Of a stretch of DNA of 64,000 nt, positions 49,072 to 59,999 are shown piece after piece. The notes under the pieces are model-generated. The model searched no databases, was not told the origin of the DNA, and saw only the letters and a list, made by a program, of their open reading frames with translations. The DNA comes from Vicinamibacteria bacterium (GTDB taxonomy: Bacteria; Acidobacteriota; Vicinamibacteria; Marinacidobacterales; Marinacidobacteraceae): the NCBI GenBank assembly GCA_965199715.1, contig OZ241322.1:2144001-2208000 (forward strand), written 5' to 3'. The number at the start of each line of letters is the position of its first letter. Positions within the stretch are counted from its first letter, which is position 1. The position numbers and the translations under genes are program-made.

Positions 49072-52000
49072 TCAGCGCCCGGGCGCGATCATCGGGGGAA
49101 GTCCGGCGGCCCCGAGCTCCGCGTTGAAGGCGTCCAGTTCCCCGGTCGAGAGCTGCTGGAACCGCTCCCGCGTCGCCGCCAGCTCCTCCTCGTAGAGCGC
49201 GAGCACCTCGAGGTGTTGGTCGGTGGGGAGGTGGTCGCTGCCGCCGACGTAGCCGTGCAGGCTCACCAGCTTGGCGTGGAGGCGCCGCGGCCAGCGCAGG
49301 TTGTCCTGCGCCGCCTCGCCGCCGGTGAGCCGCAGTTCGAAAAAGCGCGCCTCGAGTTCCATGAGGGCGCTCTCGTACTCCGACGCGGTGGTCCGGATCG
49401 AGGCCGACTGAGCGATCGCGCGGCGCTCGGCGATCTGCTTGCGCAGCCACTCGACGCCCTCGATCATGTCGCCCACCTCCACGACCATCGCCTGGATGCG
49501 CGCCAGCGTCCCGGTCTGGGTTTGGATCTCGGCGTCCGACGCGGGCGACCGCGGATCGCGCCGCACCGCGAGCGGCTGCTCCAGCGTCGTTTCGCCGACC
49601 GTGAGCCGCACCGCGTAATCGCCGGGAGGCATGAGCGTCGCGACCGGACGGGATTCGGTGAGCAGCCGGAAGCCGCGCGCCGGGAGCACCTGGTTCGGGC
49701 TGTCGCGGGGCGGGGTGCGCAGCCGGGGCTGGCGGGTCGCGCCGTTGCGCAGGTTCCAGACGACCCGGTGCAGTCCGGGGCCGCCCGGCGCGTCGAGGGC
49801 CCGCACCAGCTCTCCGTCGCCGTCGAGGATCTCGAGGGAGACCTCGCCCCTTTCCGCCAGGCGGTAGTGCAGCGTGGCGCCGTAGGGCGGGTTCTGGCCG
49901 GCTCCGGGATCCTCCGGCTGGCTCATCGGGGCCGACCGCAGCCGGAACCGCCACGCCTCCCTCGGGCGGAAGAGCTGCGGGCCGTCGGGATCCTCCGTCC
50001 ACTCCCGCAGCGGGGTCATGTCGTCGAGGATCCAGAACCCGCGTCCGTAGGTGGCCGCGACCAGATCGCCGAAACGCTCCTGGATCGTCAGCCAGTGCAC
50101 CGGCGCGCGCGGCAGGTTCGTTTGCAGCGGGCGGAACGACTCCCCGTCGTCGAAGGAGACGTGAACGGCGTTCTCGGTACCGAGGAACAGCAGGCCCGGA
50201 CGCTCCGGATCCTCGCGGATCGCATGCGCGTAGCTGTGGGTCGTCTTGGGCAGGTCCCGCCCGAGGCGGGTCCAGGTGGCGCCGTAATCCGTCGTCCGGT
50301 ACGCCCACGTCTCGTTGTCGCCGAGCTGGTGGAGGTCCACGGTCACGTACGCCTTTCCGGCGGCGTAGCGCGAGGGCTCGATATTGCTGAACGTCCCCAG
50401 CGCCGGCACGCCGGGGAGGTTCTCGGACACGTCCTCCCAGGTTTCGCCGCCGTCGCGCGTGACGTGCAGCTTCCCGTCGTTGCTCCCCGCCCATAGAACC
50501 CCCGCCGCATGCGGCGACTCGGCGATCGAGAACAGCACGGCGGCGTAGGTGGGGCTCACGTCGTCGAAGGTGAGCCCGCCGGTCTTCAATTGGAGCGCCG
50601 CGTCGTCGGTCGTGAGGTCGGGGCTGATCGCGGTCCAGCTCTGGCCGGAATTCGTGGTCAGGTGGACGCGCTGGCTCCCCGCGTACACCCGGTTCGGGTC
50701 GTGCGGCGAGATGTGGATCGGGAACGTCCACTGGAAACGGTCGCGCAGCTCGCCCGCGGCCCACCCCTCCGGATTGTCGGGCCAGACGCTCACGTTCCGG
50801 GCCTGGCCGGTGCGCTCGTCGAACAGCTCCAGAATCCCCTCGTAGCAGCCGGACCACACGCGCCCGGAGTCGCTCGGGTCGGGAATCGCGAAGCCCGACT
50901 CGCAGCCGCCGACCGGACGCCACGCGCCGATCGGGATCCCGCCGGACGCCAGGCTGTTGGACGGTCCCCGCGACGACGGGCCGTCCTGCCGGTTGCCCAT
51001 GACCCGGTACGGGATCTCGTCGTCCGTGTACACGTGGTACATCTGGGCGATCGGCAGGCGCGGACGCATCCAGGTCTCGCCCCGGTTCGTCGAGATGCTC
51101 ACGCCGCCGTCGTGGCCGACGATCATCCGGTCGGGGTCGTCGGGAGCGATCCACATGTCGTGATGGTCGCCGCCGGAGTCGTTGCGGAACGTGGTGCGGC
51201 CCCCGTCCAGCGTGGTCATGTGCCGAGTGGCGAGGAAGTGCGCCTCGTCCGCGTCGTCGGGCGCGGCCACGACCCGCGTGTAGTAGTGCGGCCGCTGGTT
51301 CAGCGCGTGGTCCGGGTTCACCATCTCCCACGTTTCGCCGAGGTCGTCCGAGCGCCAGAGCACGCCGTCCTGGTCGTCGAGCGGCGCGAAGAGCTCGTTG
51401 GAGCTGGTCTCGATGAGCGCGTAGATCCGCCTCGGGTCGGCGGGGGTCATGGCGAGCGCGATCTTTCCCATCGGCCCGGTCGGGAGCCCGTCCCCTTCGA
51501 GGCGCTCCCACGTCTCGCCGCCGTCGAGGCTGCGGAAGACCCCGCTGCCGGGGCCGCCGCTCTCCCGGCCCCACGTCCACATCCGCATCTGCCACATGGC
51601 GGCGAACAGGATGCGCGGGTTCGCCGGACTGAGGACGACCTCGGACGCGCCGGTGTTCTCGTCCACGAAGAGCGTCCGCTCCCAGGTCGCGCCGCCGTCG
51701 GTCGTGCGGAAGATCCCGCGCTCCTCCTGCGGCCCGTAGAGGTGGCCGAGCGCCGCGACCCACGCCGTGTCGGGGTCGTCCGGATGGGTGACGATCCGCG
51801 AAATCCGCCCCGTGCCCTCCAGCCCGACGTGGGTCCAGGAGTCGCCCCGGTCGGTGGAGCGCCAGACCCCGTTCCCCAGCGAGACGTTGCTGCGGATGTG
51901 AGCCTCGCCGGTTCCCGCCCAGACGACGTTCGGATCGGCGGCGGAGACCGCGAGCGCCCCGATGGACAGCACCGGCTGGTCGTCGAACACCGGAGTCCAG

Positions 52001-52203
52001 TGGACGCCGCCGTCGTAGCTGCGGAAGACCCCGCCCGACGCGGCCCCGAAGTACCAGGTGTGCGGCTCGCCGTGCACCCCATGCACCGAGGTGACCCGGT
52101 TGCCGACCGGACCGATGTGTCGCCAGCGCAGCGCGGCGAAGGGATCGTCGGCGGCCGCGCCGGCCGCGAGGAGCAGGGACAGAAGGAGGAGGGGAGCCCG
52201 CAT
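49072..52203 (-). CDS. Exported VPS10/sortilin-like (BNR/Asp-box) glycosyl-hydrolase-like protein
   Basis: Signal peptide; WRHIGP; repeated S.D.G.TW; GDHHDMWI, QDG, RFQWT, ATYGRG. Confidence 0.85.
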   Translation of the reverse strand: MRAPLLLLSLLLAAGAAADDPFAALRWRHIGPVGNRVTSVHGVHGEPHTWYFGAASGGVFRSYDGGVHWTPVFDDQPVLSIGALAVSAADPNVVWAGTGEAHIRSNVSLGNGVWRSTDRGDSWTHVGLEGTGRISRIVTHPDDPDTAWVAALGHLYGPQEERGIFRTTDGGATWERTLFVDENTGASEVVLSPANPRILFAAMWQMRMWTWGRESGGPGSGVFRSLDGGETWERLEGDGLPTGPMGKIALAMTPADPRRIYALIETSSNELFAPLDDQDGVLWRSDDLGETWEMVNPDHALNQRPHYYTRVVAAPDDADEAHFLATRHMTTLDGGRTTFRNDSGGDHHDMWIAPDDPDRMIVGHDGGVSISTNRGETWMRPRLPIAQMYHVYTDDEIPYRVMGNRQDGPSSRGPSNSLASGGIPIGAWRPVGGCESGFAIPDPSDSGRVWSGCYEGILELFDERTGQARNVSVWPDNPEGWAAGELRDRFQWTFPIHISPHDPNRVYAGSQRVHLTTNSGQSWTAISPDLTTDDAALQLKTGGLTFDDVSPTYAAVLFSIAESPHAAGVLWAGSNDGKLHVTRDGGETWEDVSENLPGVPALGTFSNIEPSRYAAGKAYVTVDLHQLGDNETWAYRTTDYGATWTRLGRDLPKTTHSYAHAIREDPERPGLLFLGTENAVHVSFDDGESFRPLQTNLPRAPVHWLTIQERFGDLVAATYGRGFWILDDMTPLREWTEDPDGPQLFRPREAWRFRLRSAPMSQPEDPGAGQNPPYGATLHYRLAERGEVSLEILDGDGELVRALDAPGGPGLHRVVWNLRNGATRQPRLRTPPRDSPNQVLPARGFRLLTESRPVATLMPPGDYAVRLTVGETTLEQPLAVRRDPRSPASDAEIQTQTGTLARIQAMVVEVGDMIEGVEWLRKQIAERRAIAQSASIRTTASEYESALMELEARFFELRLTGGEAAQDNLRWPRRLHAKLVSLHGYVGGSDHLPTDQHLEVLALYEEELAATRERFQQLSTGELDAFNAELGAAGLPPMIAPGR

Positions 52204-52215
52204 GGGCGAAGTTTC

Positions 52216-53091
52216 CTACGCCCGGGCGGCGACCGGGTCCGGACCCCGGAACGTCACCCGCCACAGCAGCCGGTCCTCGGACTCGTCGAACGGGGACGCG
52301 GCGTGCATCGCGCACCGGTTGTCCCACACGGCGAGATCCCCCGGCCGCCAGTCCTGACACACCGCGAAGTCGGGGCCGGTCGCGTGGCGCTCGAGGCGCC
52401 GGACGAGCGAGCGGCCGGCGTCCGGGTCGAGGCCGCTCACGCTCCGGACATGGCAACCGGGAACGCACAGCGCGTCGCGCCCCGTCTCGGGGTGCCGGAC
52501 GATCAGCGGGCGGACGACCGGCGGGTGGGTCCGGCGGACCTCGGGAGGAAGCGGCGGCCGGTGCGGGTTCGTGCGCCGGAGCAGGTCGTCGAGGAAGGCG
52601 TAGGAGTGCACCCCGTAGCGGCCCGTCGCTTCCTCGAGCAGCGCCGTTGGAAGCGCGTCGTGCGCGTGGGCCATGCCGGCGAACCAGGTGCCGCCGCCCG
52701 AAGCGGGGTGCGTGCGGACGTGGAAGATGGAGCCGGCGGGCTGCGGGACGCGGAAGCTGTCGTCGGTGTGCCACTGGACGCCGCCCGGCTCGGCGCGGAC
52801 GAACAGCGAGCGCAGCCTGCCGGTCGCCTTCTCGCGCAGGTTGCCGAGGCGGAGGATCTCCGGATGGCCGGGGAGGAGGAACCCGGGGTCGTATTTCTCG
52901 TTGCGCTCGAGCGAGCCGAAGGCGCGGCAGAACGGGAGGAAATCGTCGGGTTCGAGGAGGCCGCCGCCCCGCAGGACGAGGAGGCCGCCGGATTCGAGCC
53001 AGAGCGCCCGGAGCGGGGCGAGGTCGCGCCCGAGCCGGAAATCGGGAACCAGCCGGCCGAAGCCCGACGGCGTGAGCGGAGCGGCGCTCAC
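52216..53091 (-). CDS. TauD/TfdA 2-oxoglutarate/Fe(II) dioxygenase
   Basis: WHTD, GG.TWFA, HPETG, WDNRCAMH, RVT. Confidence 0.88.
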   Translation of the reverse strand: MSAAPLTPSGFGRLVPDFRLGRDLAPLRALWLESGGLLVLRGGGLLEPDDFLPFCRAFGSLERNEKYDPGFLLPGHPEILRLGNLREKATGRLRSLFVRAEPGGVQWHTDDSFRVPQPAGSIFHVRTHPASGGGTWFAGMAHAHDALPTALLEEATGRYGVHSYAFLDDLLRRTNPHRPPLPPEVRRTHPPVVRPLIVRHPETGRDALCVPGCHVRSVSGLDPDAGRSLVRRLERHATGPDFAVCQDWRPGDLAVWDNRCAMHAASPFDESEDRLLWRVTFRGPDPVAARA

Positions 53092-54524
53092 CCGCCGTGG
53101 GGCAGTCGGTCCGGCATGTCGGCGAGGACGTAGCCGAGCACGGCGAGCATCCCGACGGCTCGCCGGAAGTGGTCCGGGTCCACCTTGTCGAGCGTGTCCG
53201 ACTCGGTGTGGTGCCAGTCGAAGTAGTGCTCGCCGACCGTGCGGAACCCGATGCCGGGCACGCCGTCGGCCATGAGCGGGCCGATGTCGGCGCCCCCGCC
53301 GCCTCGGGCCATCAGTTCGGCGTCGATGCCCGAGAAGAGGCTGCCGATGGGCCGGAGGATGGAGAGCGCCTCGTCGTAGGGGCCGTCCTCGCCGGAGACC
53401 CACTGGAGGCCGATCCCGAAGCCCACCGGCCGCTCGGCCCCGCCGTCCATCTCGATCGCCGCGACGTGGCCGCCGATCGCGTCGCCGACGTACTCCCGGT
53501 AGGCGCGGCCGCCGCGCAGGCCGTTCTCCTCGTTGGTCCAGAGCACGACCCGCAGCGTGCGCCTCGGCCTCAGTCCGAGCCGGTGCAGGAGCGTCAGGCC
53601 GTGCCAGGCGGCGACGCACGCCGCGCCGTCGTCATGCGCCCCATGGCCCACGTCCCACGAGTCGTAGTGGCCGCCCATGACCACGACCTCGTCGGGAAGC
53701 TCGCTTCCGGTGATCTCGGCCATGACGTTGTGGGAAAGCGCGTCGGGAAGGATTTCGTTCGACATCTCGAACCGCAGCCGGATCGGCATGCCGAGGTCAT
53801 CCATCCGCCGCAGGGCCTCGGCGTCCTCCACCGTGAGCGCCGCCGCCGGGATGCGCTGGAGGCCGTCCTCGTACTGCATGTTCCCGGTGTGCGGCGTGTG
53901 GAGGCTGCTCCCGGTCGCCGAGCGCACGAGACTCGCCACCGCGCCCATCCGCGCGGCGCGCACGGCCCCCATGCGGCGGTAGGCGCCGGTGCCGCCGTAT
54001 CCCGTCCAAGGGACCGCCCACACGACGATCTTGCCTTCGACCTCGCTGCGCGGCATGGCCTCCAGTTCCTCGAACGAGCGGGCCACGACCGCCTCGGTCG
54101 TCAGGCCTCCGTCCGGCGTCCCGACGCTTCCCCCGAGCGAGAGGATGCGGAGGTCGCGTTCGAGGTGGGGTTCGTCGGCGAGAAGCCGGAGCGAGGCCGG
54201 CCCGCGAACCCAGTGGGGCACCTCGACTTCCTGGAGGTGGATCTTCTCGAGTCCCTCCGCCCGCATCGTCTCCGCCGCCCAGTCGATGGCCTGTTCGAGC
54301 CCGGCGGAACCGCTTAGCCGGTGGCCGATCCGCAGCGAGAGGTGCTCGAGCTTCGCCCAGCCGTCCACGTCCACGAGCGCCGCGCCGAGGACGCGCCCGG
54401 CGACTTCGCGATAGCGGTCGGCGAGCTCGTGGCGGTCCCCCGGAAAGCGCTCCGGGTCCGGCGGCTGCGCCCAGGCGGGGGCAGTCAGGAGGAGCGCGGT
54501 GAGAAGCAGGCCGATGCGTCGCAT
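53088..54524 (-). CDS. M28 family peptidase (carboxypeptidase Q-like, PA domain)
   Basis: GHRLSGS, PHTG, GGHYDSWD, AHDDG, NEENG, HHT..DT. Confidence 0.9.
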   Translation of the reverse strand: MRRIGLLLTALLLTAPAWAQPPDPERFPGDRHELADRYREVAGRVLGAALVDVDGWAKLEHLSLRIGHRLSGSAGLEQAIDWAAETMRAEGLEKIHLQEVEVPHWVRGPASLRLLADEPHLERDLRILSLGGSVGTPDGGLTTEAVVARSFEELEAMPRSEVEGKIVVWAVPWTGYGGTGAYRRMGAVRAARMGAVASLVRSATGSSLHTPHTGNMQYEDGLQRIPAAALTVEDAEALRRMDDLGMPIRLRFEMSNEILPDALSHNVMAEITGSELPDEVVVMGGHYDSWDVGHGAHDDGAACVAAWHGLTLLHRLGLRPRRTLRVVLWTNEENGLRGGRAYREYVGDAIGGHVAAIEMDGGAERPVGFGIGLQWVSGEDGPYDEALSILRPIGSLFSGIDAELMARGGGGADIGPLMADGVPGIGFRTVGEHYFDWHHTESDTLDKVDPDHFRRAVGMLAVLGYVLADMPDRLPHGG

Positions 54525-54567
54525 CGGCGGAGAATAGACTCGACAGGTTCCTCGCCGGAGGTGATCC

Positions 54568-56577
54568 ATGCGCTTTCTTCTGACGCTGCTCGCCGCGTTC
54601 GCCGTGCTGCCCGCCGCCGCGCAGGACGGCAGGCGGAACCTCGAACTCGAGGACTACCTCTCGTGGGAGGCGGCGCGGAACCCGCAGATCGCTCCCGACG
54701 GCGGCCTCGTCGCCTACGAGCGGCGGTTCGTGGACGCGGTCAACGACCGGTGGAACACGGAGATCTGGGCCATGGCCCCCGACGGTGGGAACCACCGGAT
54801 GCTGGTCAAGGGCTCCGGGCCCGTCTGGTCCCCCGACAGCTCCCGGATCGCGTTCATCCGATCCGGCCAGATCTTCGTGATCGGGATCGGCGGCGCGCAG
54901 CAGGAAAGCCAGGTCACGCGGATCGAGAACTCGCCTTCGGATGTCCGCTGGCGCCCCGACGGCGAGGCGCTCCTCTTCCGCGCGGTCGCTCCGCCCGCCC
55001 CGGACGACGCCTGGAGCATCGACATGCCGGAGGCTCCGGAGGGCGCGGAGTGGACCGGTCCGCCCCGGATCGTGACTCGCCTCAACTACCGCCGGGACGG
55101 TTCCGGGTACACGCCCGCGGGATACCGGCACATCTTCCTCGTGCCGGCGGACGGCGGAACGCCCCGGCAGCTCACCTCGGGCGACTACCACCACGACGGC
55201 GCCCGGTTCCTCGGCGACGGCGGCGGCATCGTCTTCAGCTCGCTGCGGACGACGGACGCCGAGCACGCCTGGCGCGAGTCGGAGATCTTCAAGCTGGACC
55301 TCGAGAGCGGCGATCTCACCGCGCTCACCGACCGGGTCGGCCCCGACTCGGGACCGGTCCCGAGCCCCGATGGCGAGCACGTCGCGTACACGGGAATGGA
55401 CTTCACGACGGACACCTACCGCGAGGAGACGCTTCAGGTGATTCGCGCCGACGGGAGCGGCGCGGCCGTGCTGGCGACCGAGATGGGGCGGCGGCCGGGT
55501 GTCGTCGGATGGGCCGCCGACGGGAGCGGCGTGTACTTCAACGCGCAGCTCAAGGGGACGAGCAACCTTTACTTCGCCCCGCTCGACGGCGAGGCGCGCC
55601 CGGTCAGCGCCGGGAACCACATGCTCTCCGTGTCGTCGGTCTCGAACGACGGGACGGCGGTGGGCGTGCGCACCTCGTACCACAACCCCGGCGACCTGGT
55701 CTCGTTTCCGGTGGATGCGCCCGACCGGGTCGCGAGCCTCCACCAGACCAACGCGTCGTTTCTCGCCGACGTCCGGCTCGGGGACGTGGAGGAGGTCTGG
55801 TACAAGGCGCCGGACGGCCTCGACGTCCACGGCTGGATCGTGAAGCCGCCGGACTTCGACCCGAGGCGGAAGTACCCGCTCATCCTGCGCATCCATGGCG
55901 GCCCGCACGCCATGTACAACTCCGGGTTCGACTTCAAGAACCACGACCACGCTGCCAACGGGTACGTGGTGCTGTACACGAACCCCCGCGGCAGCAGCGG
56001 TTACGGCAGCGCGTTCGGGAACGAGATCAAGAACGCCTATCCGGGGGAGGACTACGACGACCTGATGGCGGGCGTGGACGAGGTGATCTCGCGCGGGTAC
56101 ATCGACGAGCGGAACCTGTTCGTTTACGGCGGCAGCGGCGGCGGCGTGCTCACCTCGTGGATCGTGGGCCGCAACGACCGGTTCACGGCGGCCGTCGCGA
56201 AGGCGCCGGTGACCAACTGGCTGAGCTTCGTGGGCACCACCGACGGCGCTTCGTGGTACCGGAACTTCGAGAAGATGCCGTGGGACGACCCCGAGGAGCA
56301 CCTGCGCCGCTCCACGCTCATGTACGTCGGGAACGTGACCACGCCGACCATGCTCATGACCGGCGACCGCGACCTGCGCACGCCGATGGAGCAGACCGAG
56401 CAGTACTACCGCGCGCTCAAGATGCGCAAGGTGCCGACGGCGATGGTGCGCCTCACCGACGGCTGGCACAGCCGCAGCCTCCCGCCGACGAACTTCCTGC
56501 GGGTCCAGTTGCTGCTGCGCAAGTGGTTCGAGCGCTTCGCCGTGGGGGACGAGATGACGACCGACCAGCAGGACTGA
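54568..56577 (+). CDS. S9 family peptidase (prolyl oligopeptidase/acylaminoacyl-peptidase-like)
   Basis: Signal peptide, beta-propeller, IHGGPH, NPRGS, GGSGGG, DLRTP, His; SD GGAGGTGA. Confidence 0.92.
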   Translation: MRFLLTLLAAFAVLPAAAQDGRRNLELEDYLSWEAARNPQIAPDGGLVAYERRFVDAVNDRWNTEIWAMAPDGGNHRMLVKGSGPVWSPDSSRIAFIRSGQIFVIGIGGAQQESQVTRIENSPSDVRWRPDGEALLFRAVAPPAPDDAWSIDMPEAPEGAEWTGPPRIVTRLNYRRDGSGYTPAGYRHIFLVPADGGTPRQLTSGDYHHDGARFLGDGGGIVFSSLRTTDAEHAWRESEIFKLDLESGDLTALTDRVGPDSGPVPSPDGEHVAYTGMDFTTDTYREETLQVIRADGSGAAVLATEMGRRPGVVGWAADGSGVYFNAQLKGTSNLYFAPLDGEARPVSAGNHMLSVSSVSNDGTAVGVRTSYHNPGDLVSFPVDAPDRVASLHQTNASFLADVRLGDVEEVWYKAPDGLDVHGWIVKPPDFDPRRKYPLILRIHGGPHAMYNSGFDFKNHDHAANGYVVLYTNPRGSSGYGSAFGNEIKNAYPGEDYDDLMAGVDEVISRGYIDERNLFVYGGSGGGVLTSWIVGRNDRFTAAVAKAPVTNWLSFVGTTDGASWYRNFEKMPWDDPEEHLRRSTLMYVGNVTTPTMLMTGDRDLRTPMEQTEQYYRALKMRKVPTAMVRLTDGWHSRSLPPTNFLRVQLLLRKWFERFAVGDEMTTDQQD

Positions 56578-56739
56578 CCGGTTTCTCTGGAGCGGTGGCG
56601 GCCAGTCCGCGTTCGCCGCGTCCCCGTGTCGGTCCTCAGTGGGACGGTCTGCGGATTCCGGCGGCCGGCCGGACCCGGACTCCGTCCAACCCGGACCCGG
56701 GTGGCGACCTCTGGCGGCCAACTCCTCGGGCGCAGGGTC

Positions 56740-56870
56740 CTCGAACCGGTGCGCCTGTCTCGCCTCATCCACTCATCGCGCCCGATCTCCATGTTGGCGT
56801 TGAGGTCGTCGCGAATCTTCCGCATGAGCGCGAGGCCGCGGAGCCCCGGCGCGGCGCAGTCAACCGGCAT
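56740..56870 (-). pseudogene. Possible remnant of a small PIN-partner (antitoxin-like) gene
   Basis: VDC..LMRKIRDDL pattern overlapping the PIN stop; no clean end. Confidence 0.3.
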
Positions 56871-57320
56871 AGTCCACCATCGCGGGCGCGGTGATCTCGA
56901 CAGCGGGATGGCCGAGACTCCGGTTCACGGCGTTGTAGGTGGCCCGGTCCGGAAACCGGTCCATGGGCGTGAAGCACCAAGAGGCGAGGCAGTCCGCCCC
57001 TGCGAGAGTGGGATGGCGACGTGGAGGGCGTCGGTGCGGTGGTTCGGGCTGCATGCGCCGACCTCGATGTAGGCGTCGGCGAGCCGGTCGGCCTCGCGCG
57101 AGGCCCGCACGACTTCCACATGGGCGTCGGGGACGCCGCCCATGATCGAGCGAACGGGCCTCGGAGCTCCGGCGAGCTCGTGAAGCGCCACGTCGGAGAT
57201 GACGAGGACCGCGAGTCCTCGCCGGATGGCGCCGAGCAGCCGGTGCGTCGGACGATCGAACAGCTCGTCCTCGAGACCGGCGAGCACGGTCGTGTCCATG
57301 TGCGTCCGCGGCTGCCGGAT
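56860..57320 (-). pseudogene. PIN-domain protein, frameshifted
   Basis: DTTV..ISDVALHELAGAP..LADAYI..DALHVA, then in another frame SW..YNAVN..GHPAVEI.AP. Confidence 0.7.
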
Positions 57321-57329
57321 CGGCGGGGG

Positions 57330-58050
57330 CGGCTCTTCGGCGACGACGTGGAGACCCTCGGGCACGAGGCCACGCGCGCGATCGTCGCCGCCGGCGGCTC
57401 CGCGTCCGGGACGGCGCGGGACGCCTTCGTCGTTCCGATTCCGGGCCGCATCACGGCTCTCGAGCGCGACCTGGAGGCGGCGGCGGAGGCCGAACGCCCG
57501 GCCCTCGAGCGCGAGTTGGCCACCACGAGGGCCTACGGCGAGGCGCTCGCCGAGATCGCGCCGGTCCCGCCCACGATGACGCTCGCCGAGCGCATGACCC
57601 TCCACCGGGGCGGCCACGAGATCCAGTTGCTGTGGTTCGGCCGCGGCCACCCGCCTGGAGACGTGGTGGTGTTCCTGCCCGAGCGGCGCGTGCTCGTCAC
57701 CGGCGACCTGATTCCGTTCGGACTTCCGTTCATGGGCGACGGGTTCCCCGAGTGGGGCGACACGATCCGCGCCGTCGCCGAACTGGACTTCGAGGTCGTC
57801 CTGCCGGGCCACGGCCCGCCGTTCGAGGGTCGCGAGCGCCTGCCGCATCCGGCGGCGTACCTGGACGATTCTGGGCGGGCGCGGCCGAGGCCCGCGAGAC
57901 GGGCCTCTCGGCCGAAGAGGCCGCCGCGACCCTCGACCTGACCGCCCACGCCGCCAACTACCCGTCGATCGACGGGCCGGGCGCTCCGCTGATCGCGGTC
58001 GAACGCGCCTACCGGCTGCTCGCGGAGAATCGCGACGGAGGGACTCGCCG
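57330..58050 (+). pseudogene. 5'-truncated, frameshifted MBL-fold hydrolase
   Basis: GH..GDVVVFLP..VLVTGDL, VLPGHG present; HxHxDH region missing; frame change near 57870. Confidence 0.7.
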
Positions 58051-58085
58051 TTGCCAGCGGGCCGCCGGCGGCCCAAAATGGGCGC

Positions 58086-59999
58086 ATGAGACGCACGCTT
58101 CCGGGACTCGTGTCCCTCCTCGTCCTCTCCGCAACGGTCGCCGGAGCGCGGCCCCAGAAGCCGGTGCTCCACGGCCGCCACTGGATGGCCATCACCGGCA
58201 AGCCGCTCGGCGCGACCGCGGGCGCCATGATCTTCCAGCAGGGCGGGAACGCGGTGGACGCGGCCTGCGCCATGCTGGGCGCGACCGCCACCATGTTCGA
58301 CGCGCTGAGCTGGGGCGGCGAGACGCAGGCGCTGATCTGGCACCCGGAGCTCGAGAAGGTCATAGGAATCAACGCGCTGGGCGTCGCGCCCACCGGCGCC
58401 ACGCCCGAGTTCTTCCGCGGGCGGGGGATGGACTACCCGCCCGCCGTGGGCCCGCTCGCGGCGGTGACGCCGGGCACGCCGGGCGGGCTCATGGTCATGC
58501 TCGCCGAGTACGGCACGATGTCCCTCGCCCAGGTCCTCGCGCCCTCGATCCAGATGGCCGACGGCTACCCGATCGAGGCGGCGGCGGCGCGCGGCATTCA
58601 GCGGGGCGCGGACCGCATCGCCGAGTGGCCCTACTCGCGGCGCACGCTGCTCCCGCACCGGGACTCGCGCTCCGGCTCCTCCGGCCCGCAGGACGAGACC
58701 GGCAACTACTGGGACCGGGAGGACTCGACGACCCGCGAGTTCAACGCCGGCGGGCCGCTTCCGGGCGAGATCTTCCGCCAGCCCGAGCTCGCGAACACGC
58801 TGCGCAAGCTCGTCGAGGCCGAGGCCGAGGCGCTCGCGGCCGGCATGGACCGCAAGGCCGCCATCCTCGCCGCCTACGACCGCTTCTACAAGGGCGACAT
58901 CGCCGAGGAGTTCGCCCGCGGCGTCCAGGAGCAAGGCGGCATCATCACGACCGACGACCTCGCCAACTGGAAGGTCCACATCGAGGAGCCCGTCTCCACG
59001 TCGTACCGGGACGTCGAGGTGTACAAGCTCACCCACTGGGTGCAGGGGCCGGTGCTCCTCCAGGCGCTGAACATCCTCGAGCCGCTCGACGTCGGCTCGA
59101 TGGGCTACAACAGCAGCCGCTACATCCACACGCTCTACCAGGCGATGAGCCTCGCCTTCGCCGACCGCGACTTCTACTACGGCGACCCGTACTTCCCGCC
59201 CGAGGAGCCCATCATGGGGCTGCTCTCGAAGGACTACGCGGCGCTGCGGGCGGAACTGATCCGGCCCGACCGCAACGACCCGCACATCGGCCCCGGCGAT
59301 CCGTACCCGTTCCAGGGTGGCGAGAACCCGTTCGGCGAGTATCTCGACCGCTTCTCGGGCGGAACGGGCCAGCCGACCACGGAGGAGGAGCGCGAGGAGT
59401 TCCTCGATGGATTCCTCGCCGGCACGACCTCGATCCAGGCCGCGGACGCCTCGGGCTGGGTGGTCTCGGTCACGCCGAGCGGCGGCTGGCTCCCGGCGGT
59501 CCTCGCCGGCGAGACCGGCATCGGCCTCAGCCAGCGCATGCAGAGCTTCGTGCTCGACCCGGCGATGAACCCCTACAACGTTCTCGAGCCGGGCAAGCGC
59601 CCGCGCGCCACGCTCACCCCGAGCCTCGCGCTCAAGGACGGCGCCCCCTTCCTGTCGTTCGCGGTCCAGGGCGGCGACGGGCAGGACCAGAACCTGCTGC
59701 AGTTCTTCCTGAACGTCGTCGAGTTCGGGATGAACGTGCAGGAGGCCGCCGAGGCCGCCAATTTCAACAGCTACCAGATGCGCAGCTCGTTCGGCGCCCA
59801 CGACTCCGACCCGGGCTCGATCCTGCTCCACGACGACACCCCGCCGTGGACGCGGGGCGAGCTCGAGAAGATGGGCTACCGCCTCCGCTTCGCGCCGCGC
59901 ACTTCGGGGCCGATCAACGCCATCTGGTTCGACCGCGTCCACGGCACCTTCTGGGGCGGGTCCAGCCAGCACGGCGAGGACTACGGGGTGGCGTGGTGA
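58086..59999 (+). CDS. ggt: Gamma-glutamyltransferase family protein
   Basis: GGNAVDAA, TPG, AFADRD.YYGDP, catalytic GTTS, PGKRPRATL, GGD.QDQ. Confidence 0.9.
   Translation: MRRTLPGLVSLLVLSATVAGARPQKPVLHGRHWMAITGKPLGATAGAMIFQQGGNAVDAACAMLGATATMFDALSWGGETQALIWHPELEKVIGINALGVAPTGATPEFFRGRGMDYPPAVGPLAAVTPGTPGGLMVMLAEYGTMSLAQVLAPSIQMADGYPIEAAAARGIQRGADRIAEWPYSRRTLLPHRDSRSGSSGPQDETGNYWDREDSTTREFNAGGPLPGEIFRQPELANTLRKLVEAEAEALAAGMDRKAAILAAYDRFYKGDIAEEFARGVQEQGGIITTDDLANWKVHIEEPVSTSYRDVEVYKLTHWVQGPVLLQALNILEPLDVGSMGYNSSRYIHTLYQAMSLAFADRDFYYGDPYFPPEEPIMGLLSKDYAALRAELIRPDRNDPHIGPGDPYPFQGGENPFGEYLDRFSGGTGQPTTEEEREEFLDGFLAGTTSIQAADASGWVVSVTPSGGWLPAVLAGETGIGLSQRMQSFVLDPAMNPYNVLEPGKRPRATLTPSLALKDGAPFLSFAVQGGDGQDQNLLQFFLNVVEFGMNVQEAAEAANFNSYQMRSSFGAHDSDPGSILLHDDTPPWTRGELEKMGYRLRFAPRTSGPINAIWFDRVHGTFWGGSSQHGEDYGVAW

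Noticed and set aside
56580-56740. GC-rich intergenic stretch with CCGGACCCGG twice (56669, 56691) as a possible ncRNA
   Set aside because: No recognisable RNA family or convincing structure; lies beside decayed genes.
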